From an uncultured Clostridia bacterium (lineage in GTDB: Bacteria > Bacillota > Clostridia > Christensenellales > Aristaeellaceae): a DNA stretch of 64,000 bases. The stretch's first letter is position 1. Every line of letters begins with the position of its first letter. The DNA is taken from positions 4,853-68,852 of the forward strand of contig CAMVEB010000017.1 of assembly GCA_947166385.1 (NCBI GenBank), read 5' to 3'. The notes beneath the pieces are model-generated. The model searched no databases, was not told the DNA's origin, and saw only the letters and a program-made list of their open reading frames with translations. Shown piece after piece: positions 1-9,264 of this stretch. Both the position numbers and the translations under genes were made by a program.

Positions 1-1
1 C

Positions 2-580
2 GACGCGCAGAACGGCTTCCCGGAGGCCAAAGCCTTTGAACAGTTTGGCGTAGAACTGGGATTCACGGCAAAAGAAAGCCGCCGGGCCTGGCGGGAAGCT
101 TCCAGGGCTCTGGAGCAGCGGAAAAAGGCGGAAGATCGATCCCAGAAAGAGCTGGCCGGAAAGCCGGGCATCAAAGTTCTGGCAGCCGGGCACAGCTACA
201 TCCTGTCCGATCCCTATCTGGGCAAACCGATTCTGGATAATCTGGACGCTGCCGGGGTCGTGACCCTGCGGGCGGACGCGCTGGAGCCCGAAACGGCACG
301 GAAGGCCTGCGCCAGATTCTCCCCTACGTGCCGCTGGATTGTCAGCGAGGAAATCGTCGGCGGCGTGCTGCTGTGGAAAGAGAAGGCAGACGGAATCATC
401 CTGGTCAGCGCTTTCCCCTGCGGACCTGATTCCATGACCAACGAACTGCTGATCCGGCGAATCAGGGGTGTTCCCATCCTGACCCTGGTACTGGATGCCC
501 AGAGCGGGATGGCAGGGATCGAAACACGCATTGAGAGTTTTCTGGACATCATCCGGTTTCAGAAGGGGGCCATGGTATGA
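2..580 (+). CDS. 5'-truncated acyl-CoA dehydratase activase-related (DUF2229-like) protein
   Basis: Frame open from nt 2 (DAQNGFPEAKAFEQFG...KVLAAGHSYILSDPYLGKPILD...) into ORF 260..580; C-terminal 'DGIILVSAFPCGPD...PILTLVLDAQSGMAGIETRIESFLD' is typical of the family. Confidence 0.75.
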   Translation, partial: DAQNGFPEAKAFEQFGVELGFTAKESRRAWREASRALEQRKKAEDRSQKELAGKPGIKVLAAGHSYILSDPYLGKPILDNLDAAGVVTLRADALEPETARKACARFSPTCRWIVSEEIVGGVLLWKEKADGIILVSAFPCGPDSMTNELLIRRIRGVPILTLVLDAQSGMAGIETRIESFLDIIRFQKGAMV

Positions 581-1644
581 AACAGCATCGGAAAGTCGCC
601 CTTCCCCGGTACGGTGAATACAACTGCGCTCTGAAATATATTGTGGAACAGGGATTCGAAACCGAGTGTATCCTCCCGCCCCCGCTGTCCAGGCGGACGG
701 AGGATCTGGGGGCACGGAACAGTCCGGATCTGGTATGTACGCCGTTCAAGACCACACTGGGCAGCATGATCGAAGCCCTGGAGGCCGGCGCGGATACCAT
801 TATCATGGTTCACGGCGCCTGCAGGCTGAATTATTTCGGTGAGCTGCAGGAACAGATTCTTCGGGATCTGGGCTATCATTTTGATTTCATCAACTTATCC
901 CTGTTCAACACCGGAAAAAAACGGGATATTCTCCGTGCGCTGAGGGCCATCAATCCCCGCCGCAGCATGATCAGAGCGGGCAGGTCCCTGTATGAAGCTG
1001 CCAGGATGGTGGAGCACCTGGATGACACCACTTCGTTCTACTATCAGAACTGCGGATTTGATCCGACAGGGCAGTACCGGAAGATCTACTGGAGATTTAT
1101 CTCCGATATGTATGCCGCACAAAGCCTTCCGGATATCCAGGAAGGATACAGAAATGCAGTCCGTGCCTTTGAGGATGTCGCCCTGAGCAAGCCCCCGGAT
1201 CCGATCCGCATTGGAATTATCGGTGATTACTATACCGTGATGGATCCTTTTTCCAACCTGGAAATCGAGCAGAAACTGGCGGATATGGGGGTGGAAGTGC
1301 ACCGGCTGATGAACATCACAAACGATATGCTGCGAAACAGCAACAAGAACAAGCAGGCGAAAATCCGCGAATTCAGCGAGTTTTCCATGGGGGCCAGCTC
1401 CACCACTGATATCTGGCAGGCACAGAATTTTGCCGAAAGAAACTTTGACGGCCTGATTCAGGTTAAATCCGCCTGCTGCATGCCGGAGACAGATATCATG
1501 CCGGTGCTTGCCAATCTCTCCCAGGATTACAAAATCCCCGTGCTTTATCTGACCTATGACTCGCAGACCAGCGATGTCGGCCTGATGACACGGCTGGAAG
1601 CCTTTTATGACATGGTAGAAATGAGAAGGAAGGTGACGCTTTGA
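577..1644 (+). CDS. 2-hydroxyacyl-CoA dehydratase-like reductase subunit (DUF2229-related)
   Basis: 355 aa; 'SPDLVCTPFK', 'GACRLNYF', 'IRIGIIGDYY', 'SACCMPE', 'YDSQTSDVGLMTRLEAFYDM'; ATGA coupling to upstream gene. Confidence 0.75.
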   Translation: MKQHRKVALPRYGEYNCALKYIVEQGFETECILPPPLSRRTEDLGARNSPDLVCTPFKTTLGSMIEALEAGADTIIMVHGACRLNYFGELQEQILRDLGYHFDFINLSLFNTGKKRDILRALRAINPRRSMIRAGRSLYEAARMVEHLDDTTSFYYQNCGFDPTGQYRKIYWRFISDMYAAQSLPDIQEGYRNAVRAFEDVALSKPPDPIRIGIIGDYYTVMDPFSNLEIEQKLADMGVEVHRLMNITNDMLRNSNKNKQAKIREFSEFSMGASSTTDIWQAQNFAERNFDGLIQVKSACCMPETDIMPVLANLSQDYKIPVLYLTYDSQTSDVGLMTRLEAFYDMVEMRRKVTL

Positions 1645-2597
1645 ACGCGAAAAACGCATTCCTGGGCATTGATGTAGGCTCGATCTCCACCAAAGCCGTC
1701 ATCATCGATGACAGCAACGCCATGCTGGCGCAGGAGTATATCTGGACGGAAGGAAACCCGATTGGCGCCGTGAAGAAGCTCCTGGGTCTGCTGGAAAAGC
1801 AGTTTGACCGGGACGCCTGGCAGATTGTCGGCGTCGGAGCGACCGGCAGCGCAAGAAGAATGGTCGGATCCATAGTCGGGGCAACGATTGTCAAGAATGA
1901 GATTACCGCTCACGCGGTCGGAACCACAACCTTCCACCCGGAGGTTCGAACCATTCTGGAGATCGGCGGACAGGATTCCAAAATCATTCTGGTGGAAAAC
2001 GGCATTGCGGTTGATTATGCCATGAATACGCTTTGCGCCGCCGGAACAGGAGCTTTTCTTTCCAGCCAGGCAAGGCGTCTGGGCATCGAAGTGGAGGAGA
2101 TGGGGCACTATGCCCTGCAATCCACTCATCCGACGATGATCGCAGCGCGCTGCACAGTGTTCGCCGAATCGGATCTGGTTCATAAAATACAGATGGGCCA
2201 TCCGAGGGAAGACATCATCGCCGGTGTCTGCCGGGCTGTCGCTTCCAATTATCTTAACAACGTAGGGAAAGGGAAAAAAATCTGTTCTCCGGTCGTGTTT
2301 CAGGGCGGAGTCAGCAAAAACATCGGCGTTGTCCGCGCGTTTGAGGATCTGCTCAGGTGCTCGGTGATCGTGGATGAAAACGGTCATCTGATGGGAGCCA
2401 TGGGAGCAGCGATTCTCGCAAAACGCAGTCTGAAGAGGACGCTGTTTGATTTTTCTGTGGAGAAGATGGAGTTTGTCACCCGGGAGCGCGGCTGCGGAGG
2501 TTGTTCCAACAACTGCGAGGTCATCTGTGTATACCGGAACGGCGTTCTGATCGATTTCTGGGGCAACCGCTGTGAACGCGGTGCCGCCCGCGCATAA
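1641..2597 (+). CDS. CoA-substrate-specific enzyme activase (HgdC/BcrAD ASKHA ATPase) with C-terminal Cys motif
   Basis: 'LGIDVGSISTK', 'NEITAHA', 'EIGGQDSK', 'MNTLCAAGTGAFL', 'ARCTVFAESD', 'FQGGVSKN'; tail 'CGGCSNNC...GNRC'. Confidence 0.9.
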   Translation: MNAKNAFLGIDVGSISTKAVIIDDSNAMLAQEYIWTEGNPIGAVKKLLGLLEKQFDRDAWQIVGVGATGSARRMVGSIVGATIVKNEITAHAVGTTTFHPEVRTILEIGGQDSKIILVENGIAVDYAMNTLCAAGTGAFLSSQARRLGIEVEEMGHYALQSTHPTMIAARCTVFAESDLVHKIQMGHPREDIIAGVCRAVASNYLNNVGKGKKICSPVVFQGGVSKNIGVVRAFEDLLRCSVIVDENGHLMGAMGAAILAKRSLKRTLFDFSVEKMEFVTRERGCGGCSNNCEVICVYRNGVLIDFWGNRCERGAARA

Positions 2598-2616
2598 ATA
2601 AATGAGGAAAGAACTT

Positions 2617-3525
2617 ATGTTTGGACACAGACCCGATGGAAAACGAGTAAAGAAACTGGACCCCATCATTCAAATGACCTCCTATCTGATGCCGATGCGC
2701 TGCGATGCCCAGGTGTTCCTGGAGCACAAGGCGGACTATGAGAAAATGAGCCGTTACATCGCGCAGAAAAGTCAGGAAGGACAGAAGACAACCTTCATGC
2801 AGATCCTGGTGGCTGCCTATGTCCGGGCCGTCAGTAGAAATCCGGAAGTCAACCGCTTTATTTTCAACAAGCAGTATTATTCCCGCAACAACTGCTCCGT
2901 GTCCTATACCATTCTGAAAAACCCGCAGGACACCAACAGCAGCGAGGATACGGTCCGCATCCTTTTTGACCTGACAGACACCATCTTCGATGTCAGGGAC
3001 CGGATGAATGACGCGGTGGAAAAAAGCCGGACAGCGGAAACCGACGGATTTGTCATCAAACTGGCTCAGGGGCTCCTGGCTGTTCCGGGTCTCGCCACGC
3101 TGATCGTTGGCCTGGTCAGGCTGCTGGACCGGTACGGAATCGCTCCGGCCGTCCTGATTCGGGAACTGCCGCTGTACAGCGGCCTGTATGTGACCAACAA
3201 CGGTTCCATCGGTCTTCACCATCCCCTGCATCATATCTATAACTTCGGCAATGTCAGCCTGTTCTTCGGGATGGGCAGCATCCTGAAGGAAGCTGTCGTC
3301 ATGCCGGACGGGAAGGCCAGAATGCGGCGTGTCCTGCCGGTGGGAATCACGGCGGATGAACGGGTCTGTTCCGGCGCACATTACGCGGCCTTCTTCTTTG
3401 ACGTGATCCACCTGATGGATCACCCGGAGGAGCTGGAAAACCCGCCCGAAGAAGTCCGCTTCGATCCGGGCGTGGAATACCATGTGCCCAAGATACGCAG
3501 TTCCCGGGAGGTCGAACCTGCGTAA
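2617..3525 (+). CDS. Stand-alone 2-oxoacid dehydrogenase E2-like acyltransferase (catalytic domain only)
   Basis: No lipoyl domain; 'LYVTNNGSIG' and 'VGITADERVCSG' align to the E2 motifs 'FTISNxG' and 'DHRxxDG'; start set at ATG 2617 by GAGG RBS. Confidence 0.7.
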   Translation: MFGHRPDGKRVKKLDPIIQMTSYLMPMRCDAQVFLEHKADYEKMSRYIAQKSQEGQKTTFMQILVAAYVRAVSRNPEVNRFIFNKQYYSRNNCSVSYTILKNPQDTNSSEDTVRILFDLTDTIFDVRDRMNDAVEKSRTAETDGFVIKLAQGLLAVPGLATLIVGLVRLLDRYGIAPAVLIRELPLYSGLYVTNNGSIGLHHPLHHIYNFGNVSLFFGMGSILKEAVVMPDGKARMRRVLPVGITADERVCSGAHYAAFFFDVIHLMDHPEELENPPEEVRFDPGVEYHVPKIRSSREVEPA

Positions 3526-3561
3526 AGCAATGTTTTTTCGTCGTACTGCCTTCCCGGGTCA

Positions 3562-3637
3562 TTGACACGGTTTCTGCGGTGGAGTAAACTGCTGCAGAAG
3601 GCAAGAGCGTCTTCGGGCATTGCCCGGAGGCGTTTTT
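3562..3637 (+). promoter_or_regulatory. Sigma-A promoter plus ANTAR-like hairpin/terminator leader of the AGCS gene
   Basis: TTGACA 3562-67, 17 nt, TAAACT 3585-90; hairpin AAGGC-AAGAGC-GTCTT 3598-3613 overlaps terminator stem 3607-18/3622-33 followed by T-run to 3637. Confidence 0.65.
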
Positions 3638-3673
3638 CTGTATTCCATTTCATCCGGAAGGCAGGGAAGGAAG

Positions 3674-5206
3674 ATGAAGGGATTTCTCGACATTGTCGCC
3701 GATGTGAACAGTGCTGTAAACGGCGTGGTATGGGGTATTCCCGCCCTGGCGCTGCTGGCGTTCGTCGGTGTCCTGATGACGGTGCTGACCAAAGTGTTCC
3801 AGGTGTCCCATCTTGGCCATTGGCTGAAGAAGACCATCGGTGCGGTATTTAAGGACAAGCACGTTACCACGCACACCCGGGACAGGAGTATTTCCCAGTT
3901 CCAGAGCCTGTGTACCGCGCTGGCCGCTACCGTCGGAACCGGCAACATTGTCGGCGTGGCCGGCGCCATCCTCGTGGGCGGGCCCGGTGCGGTATTCTGG
4001 ATGTGGGTCATGGCTTTCCTGGGGATGATGACCAATTATTCCGAAAATGTGCTCGGCATCTATTACCGCCGGAAAAACTCCAGGGGCGAATGGTCCGGCG
4101 GCGCCATGTATTACCTGCGGGACGGGCTGGGCGCCCAGAAGGGCTGCAAAACCATCGGCAAGGTCCTGGCCGGTTTGTTTGCGGCTTTCTGCCTGATCGC
4201 CTCCTTCGGAATCGGCAACATGACCCAGGTCAACTCGATCTCCGGCAACATGCATGCCGTCTTTGGCGTCCCCGCCTGGGTCACCGGCACCGTCATCACG
4301 ATTCTGGTCGGCCTGGTGGTTGTGGGCGGCCTGAAGCGGATCGCCTCCGTCACGGAGAAAATAGTGCCCTTCATGGTGATCCTCTATATGGTCGGAACCA
4401 TTGCGATCTTCTTTATCAATATTTCGCAGATTGGCGCCGTGTTCGCCTCCATCTTCCGGAGCGCCTTCGGCATGGAAGCTGCCGCCGGCGGCCTCGTCGG
4501 CTACGGCATCAAGCTTGCCATTGAGATGGGGATGAAGCGGGGCGTATTCTCCAATGAAGCCGGTCTTGGCTCCTCCGTCATGGTGCATTCCAACTCCAAT
4601 GTCAGAGAGCCTGTCAAGCAGGGGATGTGGGGAATCTTTGAGGTGTTCGCCGACACGATCGTCGTCTGCACCCTGACCGCTTTTTCTGTGCTTTCCTCCG
4701 GCCTGATCAATCTGGAGACCGGCAAACTTGTCAGCGAAACATATGTCAACAGTGCCGGCGTTTCCCTGACCCTGAGCAAAGCCAATCTTGTTTCCTCCGT
4801 CTTTGACAAGCAGTTTGGCTTTATCGGCTCCGCTTTCATCGCTGTCTCCATCATGCTCTTTGCCTTTTCCACCGTGCTCGGATGGAGCCATTACGGCACG
4901 AAGGCCTGCGAATACCTGCTGGGAGAAAAGCGGACCATTCCCTATCAGATCATCTTTGTGCTGCTGGTGTTCGGCGGCGCTGTCATGGGGGACAACCTGG
5001 CCTGGGATCTGGCCGATACCTTCAACGGCCTGATGATGATTCCGAACCTGATCGGTGTCATCGCGCTTTCCGGAGAGGTGGCAAAAATCACCAGGAACTA
5101 TGTGAACCGGCACATCCGCGGGCTGAAGGAAAAGCCGATCTATTCCGCTTTCCCGGATATCCAGGCCGAGCAGGAAGCCGCGCCGGATACCGGTGCGGAT
5201 GACTGA
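3674..5206 (+). CDS. Alanine/glycine:cation symporter (AGCS) family amino-acid transporter
   Basis: 'TALAATVGTGNIVGVA', 'GGPGAVFWMW', 'GGAMYY', 'RGVFSNEAGLGS', 'FAFSTVLGWSHYG'; start ATG 3674. Confidence 0.93.
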   Translation: MKGFLDIVADVNSAVNGVVWGIPALALLAFVGVLMTVLTKVFQVSHLGHWLKKTIGAVFKDKHVTTHTRDRSISQFQSLCTALAATVGTGNIVGVAGAILVGGPGAVFWMWVMAFLGMMTNYSENVLGIYYRRKNSRGEWSGGAMYYLRDGLGAQKGCKTIGKVLAGLFAAFCLIASFGIGNMTQVNSISGNMHAVFGVPAWVTGTVITILVGLVVVGGLKRIASVTEKIVPFMVILYMVGTIAIFFINISQIGAVFASIFRSAFGMEAAAGGLVGYGIKLAIEMGMKRGVFSNEAGLGSSVMVHSNSNVREPVKQGMWGIFEVFADTIVVCTLTAFSVLSSGLINLETGKLVSETYVNSAGVSLTLSKANLVSSVFDKQFGFIGSAFIAVSIMLFAFSTVLGWSHYGTKACEYLLGEKRTIPYQIIFVLLVFGGAVMGDNLAWDLADTFNGLMMIPNLIGVIALSGEVAKITRNYVNRHIRGLKEKPIYSAFPDIQAEQEAAPDTGADD

Positions 5207-5317
5207 TTCCTCCTGTCAGAAAGATTGACAATCGGCGCAGACTGATTTATATTGATTCCACAAAACACTCTGGCATCCGGAGACCCGGAACCGAAAGCGG
5301 AAGAGGGACATGGAGAT

Positions 5318-7195
5318 ATGAATCATAGCTGTGATCAGCGGAAAATCATAGCCGTCTGTACTTCCTGGGAAGATGTGGAGAATCTGAACCTTGTCCTGAA
5401 TCGGCTGATTCAGGCAACGGAATCCCAGGAATTCCTCCCCTTGTGTATCGCGTTTGACAGAAGCGGGGTGGAATCCAGGGGAGAAGAAAGCATCCGGGAA
5501 TTCATCTCTGCTTTTGACATCCCGAATCTGGCCGGTTTTTTACTCTTCGGCGAAATGATCCGGTCAGACGAAATCAACCACAACCTTATCCGGCTTGCAC
5601 ATCGGAAAAACCTGCCTGTTTTCATGCTGGAACGAGAGTATGAAGGCTGCATCAATATGGCTTTTTCCTACAGGGACGGGTTTGAGACAGTTGCCCGCCA
5701 TCTGGTGGAAGAACACGGATGCGGCGATATTGTCATGGTTGCGGGCATCCAGGGCAACTCCTACTCGGAGGAGCGGATCAGTCTCTGCCGGCAAATTCTG
5801 GAGGAGCACGGGAAAACGCTTCCTCCGGAAAAAGTCATCTACGGAGAGTACTGGGACGAGCCGACCTATAAGGCGCTGGACAGGTATTTTTCCTCTGGCG
5901 GCAGGGTTCCGGAAGCTTTTCTCTGCGCCAATGATGCCATGGCCATCGCCGTCTGCATTTACCTGTCCGAAAGAAACATCCGGGTTCCGGAACAGGTCAG
6001 GGTGGCCGGTTTTGACGGGATCCTCCCCGGAGAAAGCCATGTGCCTGCCATCACCACCGCCAGGCCGGATTTTGCCTTTATGTTCGGAAAAATGATGGAC
6101 CGGATCAAATCCTGGCGTCCGGAGGAAACAGGAAAGACAGAGCTGTGGCCCATTCCCTTTGAGTTCATTCAGCGGGAATCGTGTGGATGCGTGCAGGGAA
6201 ACACTTTCCTTTCCACCAAAAAAAGCGGAGAGCTGAAAATTGACAACCTGATCTATACCCGGCATATCCGGGCCATGGGGAATTTTATCCGCAAAACTCT
6301 CAGCATGAACTCTCTGGACAAGCTGTCCGAGCAGCTTTCAGCCCTCTTCTCCGGATGGCCGAACCCGTATTATTTTGCCGCTGTGCTGGATGAGAATGAC
6401 CGGACCCGGGCCCGATGCGTACTGCACGGCCGGCATGGCCTGTTTGCCTCCGGATCCTCTTTCAGCTGGAAAGATTCTCCGGTCATTGATGAGGTATCGG
6501 TTCGCGGAGATCCTTCCATCCAGATCCTGATGGCCCAGTTGCTGCAGACGGAAGAAGAAACCCTGGGGTATCTTGTTTCCGGCATGCAGACATGGAATCT
6601 GCGTGAACAGGAACGGTTTGAAGAGGAAGCGCTGTTCCTGTCCGCGGCGCTCAACGCGGTCATCAGTAACAGGCGTCTGGCCAAAGCAAACAACGCCATT
6701 CTCTGGATGGCGGAGCATGATTACCTGACAGGATTGTATAACCGCCGGGGATTCCTGCGGGAGCTGGAGCGCAGGCTCCTGCTTCCGGAAAACCGGGAAA
6801 AGACCCTGACCCTGTTTGCCATGGATATGGACCGTCTGAAAACCATCAATGATGTCTATGGGCACCAGGAAGGGGATTATGCCATTAAGAGCCTGGCAAA
6901 AGCCCTGGAGCAGATCATGGAAAAGAAGGGGATCTGTGCCAGGTACGGCGGAGATGAATTCTCTTTCGCGATCCTGGAGGAGGCATCGCATGTCCCGGAT
7001 CCGGAAGCCATCAGGAGCCAGATCGAATCAGCTGCCCGGGAAATCTGCGGTCCGAAACCTTATCTGATTTCCGCCAGCCTCGGCGCTTGTTCCTGCCCGG
7101 TCGGCAGTCATCCGTCCCTGGATCAGATCCTGGCGGACGCAGACAGGGCCCTTTATACGGATAAGAGCATCCGCAAAGCGGAGCAGAAAGAATAG
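5318..7195 (+). CDS. Diguanylate cyclase with N-terminal LacI/periplasmic-binding-type sensor domain
   Basis: 'ARYGGDEF', 'DYLTGLYNRRG', 'DMDRLKTINDVYGH'; N-terminal 'AFLCANDAMAI...VAGFDG' LacI effector fold without HTH; promoter TTGACA 5225 / TATATT 5248. Confidence 0.85.
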   Translation: MNHSCDQRKIIAVCTSWEDVENLNLVLNRLIQATESQEFLPLCIAFDRSGVESRGEESIREFISAFDIPNLAGFLLFGEMIRSDEINHNLIRLAHRKNLPVFMLEREYEGCINMAFSYRDGFETVARHLVEEHGCGDIVMVAGIQGNSYSEERISLCRQILEEHGKTLPPEKVIYGEYWDEPTYKALDRYFSSGGRVPEAFLCANDAMAIAVCIYLSERNIRVPEQVRVAGFDGILPGESHVPAITTARPDFAFMFGKMMDRIKSWRPEETGKTELWPIPFEFIQRESCGCVQGNTFLSTKKSGELKIDNLIYTRHIRAMGNFIRKTLSMNSLDKLSEQLSALFSGWPNPYYFAAVLDENDRTRARCVLHGRHGLFASGSSFSWKDSPVIDEVSVRGDPSIQILMAQLLQTEEETLGYLVSGMQTWNLREQERFEEEALFLSAALNAVISNRRLAKANNAILWMAEHDYLTGLYNRRGFLRELERRLLLPENREKTLTLFAMDMDRLKTINDVYGHQEGDYAIKSLAKALEQIMEKKGICARYGGDEFSFAILEEASHVPDPEAIRSQIESAAREICGPKPYLISASLGACSCPVGSHPSLDQILADADRALYTDKSIRKAEQKE

Positions 7196-7204
7196 ATATC
7201 TCCG

Positions 7205-9079
7205 TTATTCCGCCTCCGCCTTGCTGAACTGCGTCTCATACAGTTCCTGGTATGTCCCTCCGGCATGAACCAGGTCTTTGTGTCTGCCGCGTTCAACGAT
7301 TTGCCCGTCCCGGACAACGAGAATCTCATCCGCCGCAAGGATCGTGGAGAGCCTGTGGGCAATCAGGATCGAAGTTCTCTCTTCAATCAGGGGATTGATC
7401 GCGGCCTGAATCGCCGCCTCGGAAATCGAATCCAGAGCGGAAGTCGCTTCGTCAAAAATCAGCAGAGCAGGATCTTTCAGCAATACTCTGGCAATGGAAA
7501 TCCGCTGTTTTTCCCCGCCTGACAGCTTGAGTCCGCGGTTGCCGACCATGGTATCCAGGCCTTCCGGCTGCTTTGTGATAAACTCGTAGATATTGGCTTT
7601 TTTACAGGCTTCGATCATATCCTCTTCCGTCGCTTCGGGGTTGGCATACAGCAGGTTCTGGCGGATCGTTCCGTTGAACAGATACGTTTCCTGGGTCACA
7701 ACGCCGACTTCATCCCGGAGAGAATGAAGGGTCAGATCCCGGACATCCGTCCCGTCAAAGGAAACCTTTCCGCCCGTCGGATCCCAGAGTCTCGGAATCA
7801 GGTTCACAATCGTGCTTTTGCCGCTTCCGCTCGGACCGACAATGGCCACGCAGTCCCCGCTGTGCAGGGTGAAGCTGATATCTTTCAGGATCAGGCGCTC
7901 CCCGTCATAGGAAAAGTTGACATGGTCAAAAACAATTTCACCTTTCGCGTTCGTCAGTTCCCTGGCGCCCGGCCGGTCGTCAATCTCCGGCTTCATGTCG
8001 TAGTATTCAAAAATCCGTGTAAACATGGCCATGGACCGGATCCAGTCCACCTGAATGTTCAGCAGGCTGTTCACAGGCCCATACATGCGCCCGAGCAGCG
8101 CCACAAGCACGGTAATGTCGCCGACGCTCAGGCTGCTGTCATATTTCATCATCAGAATGCCGCCAACCAGGTACAGCAGCATCGGCCCGATAGTGGTCAG
8201 AGTGCTGAGCAGCATAAAAAACCAGCGGCCCGCCATTTTCTCGCGGATGTTCAGCCGGATCATTTTCCCGTTGGCTTCTTCATAGCGGGTGTATTCCGCC
8301 TGTTCCCGGCCGAATAATTTGACCAGAAGCTGCCCGCTGACAGAAAGCGTCTCATTCAGAATACCGTTGATTTCATCGTTGCACGCCTGAGCTTCCCCGG
8401 CCAGTTTCCATCGCCTTTTCCCCGCCATCCTGGTGGGAAGGGTAAACAGCGGCACCACGGCTATCCCCACCAGCGCCAGGATCCAGTTTTTCCGGAACAT
8501 TGCGATCACCGCCACCACCAGCGTGATCGTATTGGACAGGATGCTCGTAAAGGTATTCGTGACGACCGATTCCACCCCGGAAATATCGCTGGTCATCCGG
8601 GTGATGATGTCTCCCTGGTTAGCCGAGGTGAAAAAGCGCTGCGACATCTTCTGCAGATGTCGGTACATCTGATTCCGCATATCAAAGGAGATATGCTGCG
8701 CAATCCAGTTGTTCAGATACGTTTCCCCGACTCCGATCAGATTCGAGGCGAGATTCAGCGCCAGGGAAACCAGAATCAGCTTAATCAGGGCGGATATACC
8801 GGCTCCGAACCAGCCTCCCATCTTCTTCCCCGTCAGCACATCGATGATGTTGCCGGTCAGGATGGACGGAAACAGGCTGCAGACAGAGGAAACAGCAATG
8901 CAGCCCAGCACCAGGGTCAGCTGCTTCCAGTACGGCTGCAGGTAGGAGAAGACTCTCTTCAGGAGTTCTTTGGTAATCCTGGGTGTATTCTTTTTTTCCT
9001 CTTCCGTAAGGTAATTCGCTCTTCCGCGGGGACCGCCGGGACCTGGCACAGTAGCACCTCCTCCTCTTTTTGTCCTCAT
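7205..9079 (-). CDS. ABC exporter, fused permease and ATPase (multidrug/MdlB-like)
   Basis: TM domain plus 'GPSGSGKST', 'LSGGEKQR', 'LLIFDEATSALD'; start moved to ATG 9079. Confidence 0.9.
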   Translation of the reverse strand: MRTKRGGGATVPGPGGPRGRANYLTEEEKKNTPRITKELLKRVFSYLQPYWKQLTLVLGCIAVSSVCSLFPSILTGNIIDVLTGKKMGGWFGAGISALIKLILVSLALNLASNLIGVGETYLNNWIAQHISFDMRNQMYRHLQKMSQRFFTSANQGDIITRMTSDISGVESVVTNTFTSILSNTITLVVAVIAMFRKNWILALVGIAVVPLFTLPTRMAGKRRWKLAGEAQACNDEINGILNETLSVSGQLLVKLFGREQAEYTRYEEANGKMIRLNIREKMAGRWFFMLLSTLTTIGPMLLYLVGGILMMKYDSSLSVGDITVLVALLGRMYGPVNSLLNIQVDWIRSMAMFTRIFEYYDMKPEIDDRPGARELTNAKGEIVFDHVNFSYDGERLILKDISFTLHSGDCVAIVGPSGSGKSTIVNLIPRLWDPTGGKVSFDGTDVRDLTLHSLRDEVGVVTQETYLFNGTIRQNLLYANPEATEEDMIEACKKANIYEFITKQPEGLDTMVGNRGLKLSGGEKQRISIARVLLKDPALLIFDEATSALDSISEAAIQAAINPLIEERTSILIAHRLSTILAADEILVVRDGQIVERGRHKDLVHAGGTYQELYETQFSKAEAE

Positions 9080-9138
9080 TATACCGTGGATCGTCTCAGG
9101 TGAACGCCTGAATACATGAAAAAAGCAGAAAAACGAGG

Positions 9139-9235
9139 TTGACAAAGCGGATTTTTTCAGGTATCATGCACATCCACACGCTTGCAGGATCAGACTCCGT
9201 AAGCCTCTGCGAATTGACATAACCGGCAGAGGCTT
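9139..9235 (+). promoter_or_regulatory. helD promoter and 5' leader hairpin
   Basis: TTGACA 9139-44, 17 nt, TATCAT 9162-67; inverted repeat AAGCCTCTGC 9201-10 / GCAGAGGCTT 9226-35. Confidence 0.55.
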
Positions 9236-9264
9236 CTTATTCGTTTTGCCGGGAAAGGATCGCT

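Noticed and set aside
3590-3673. Glycine riboswitch upstream of the AGCS gene
   Set aside because: No GGAGA/CCGAAG/CUCAGG aptamer elements, and too little space.
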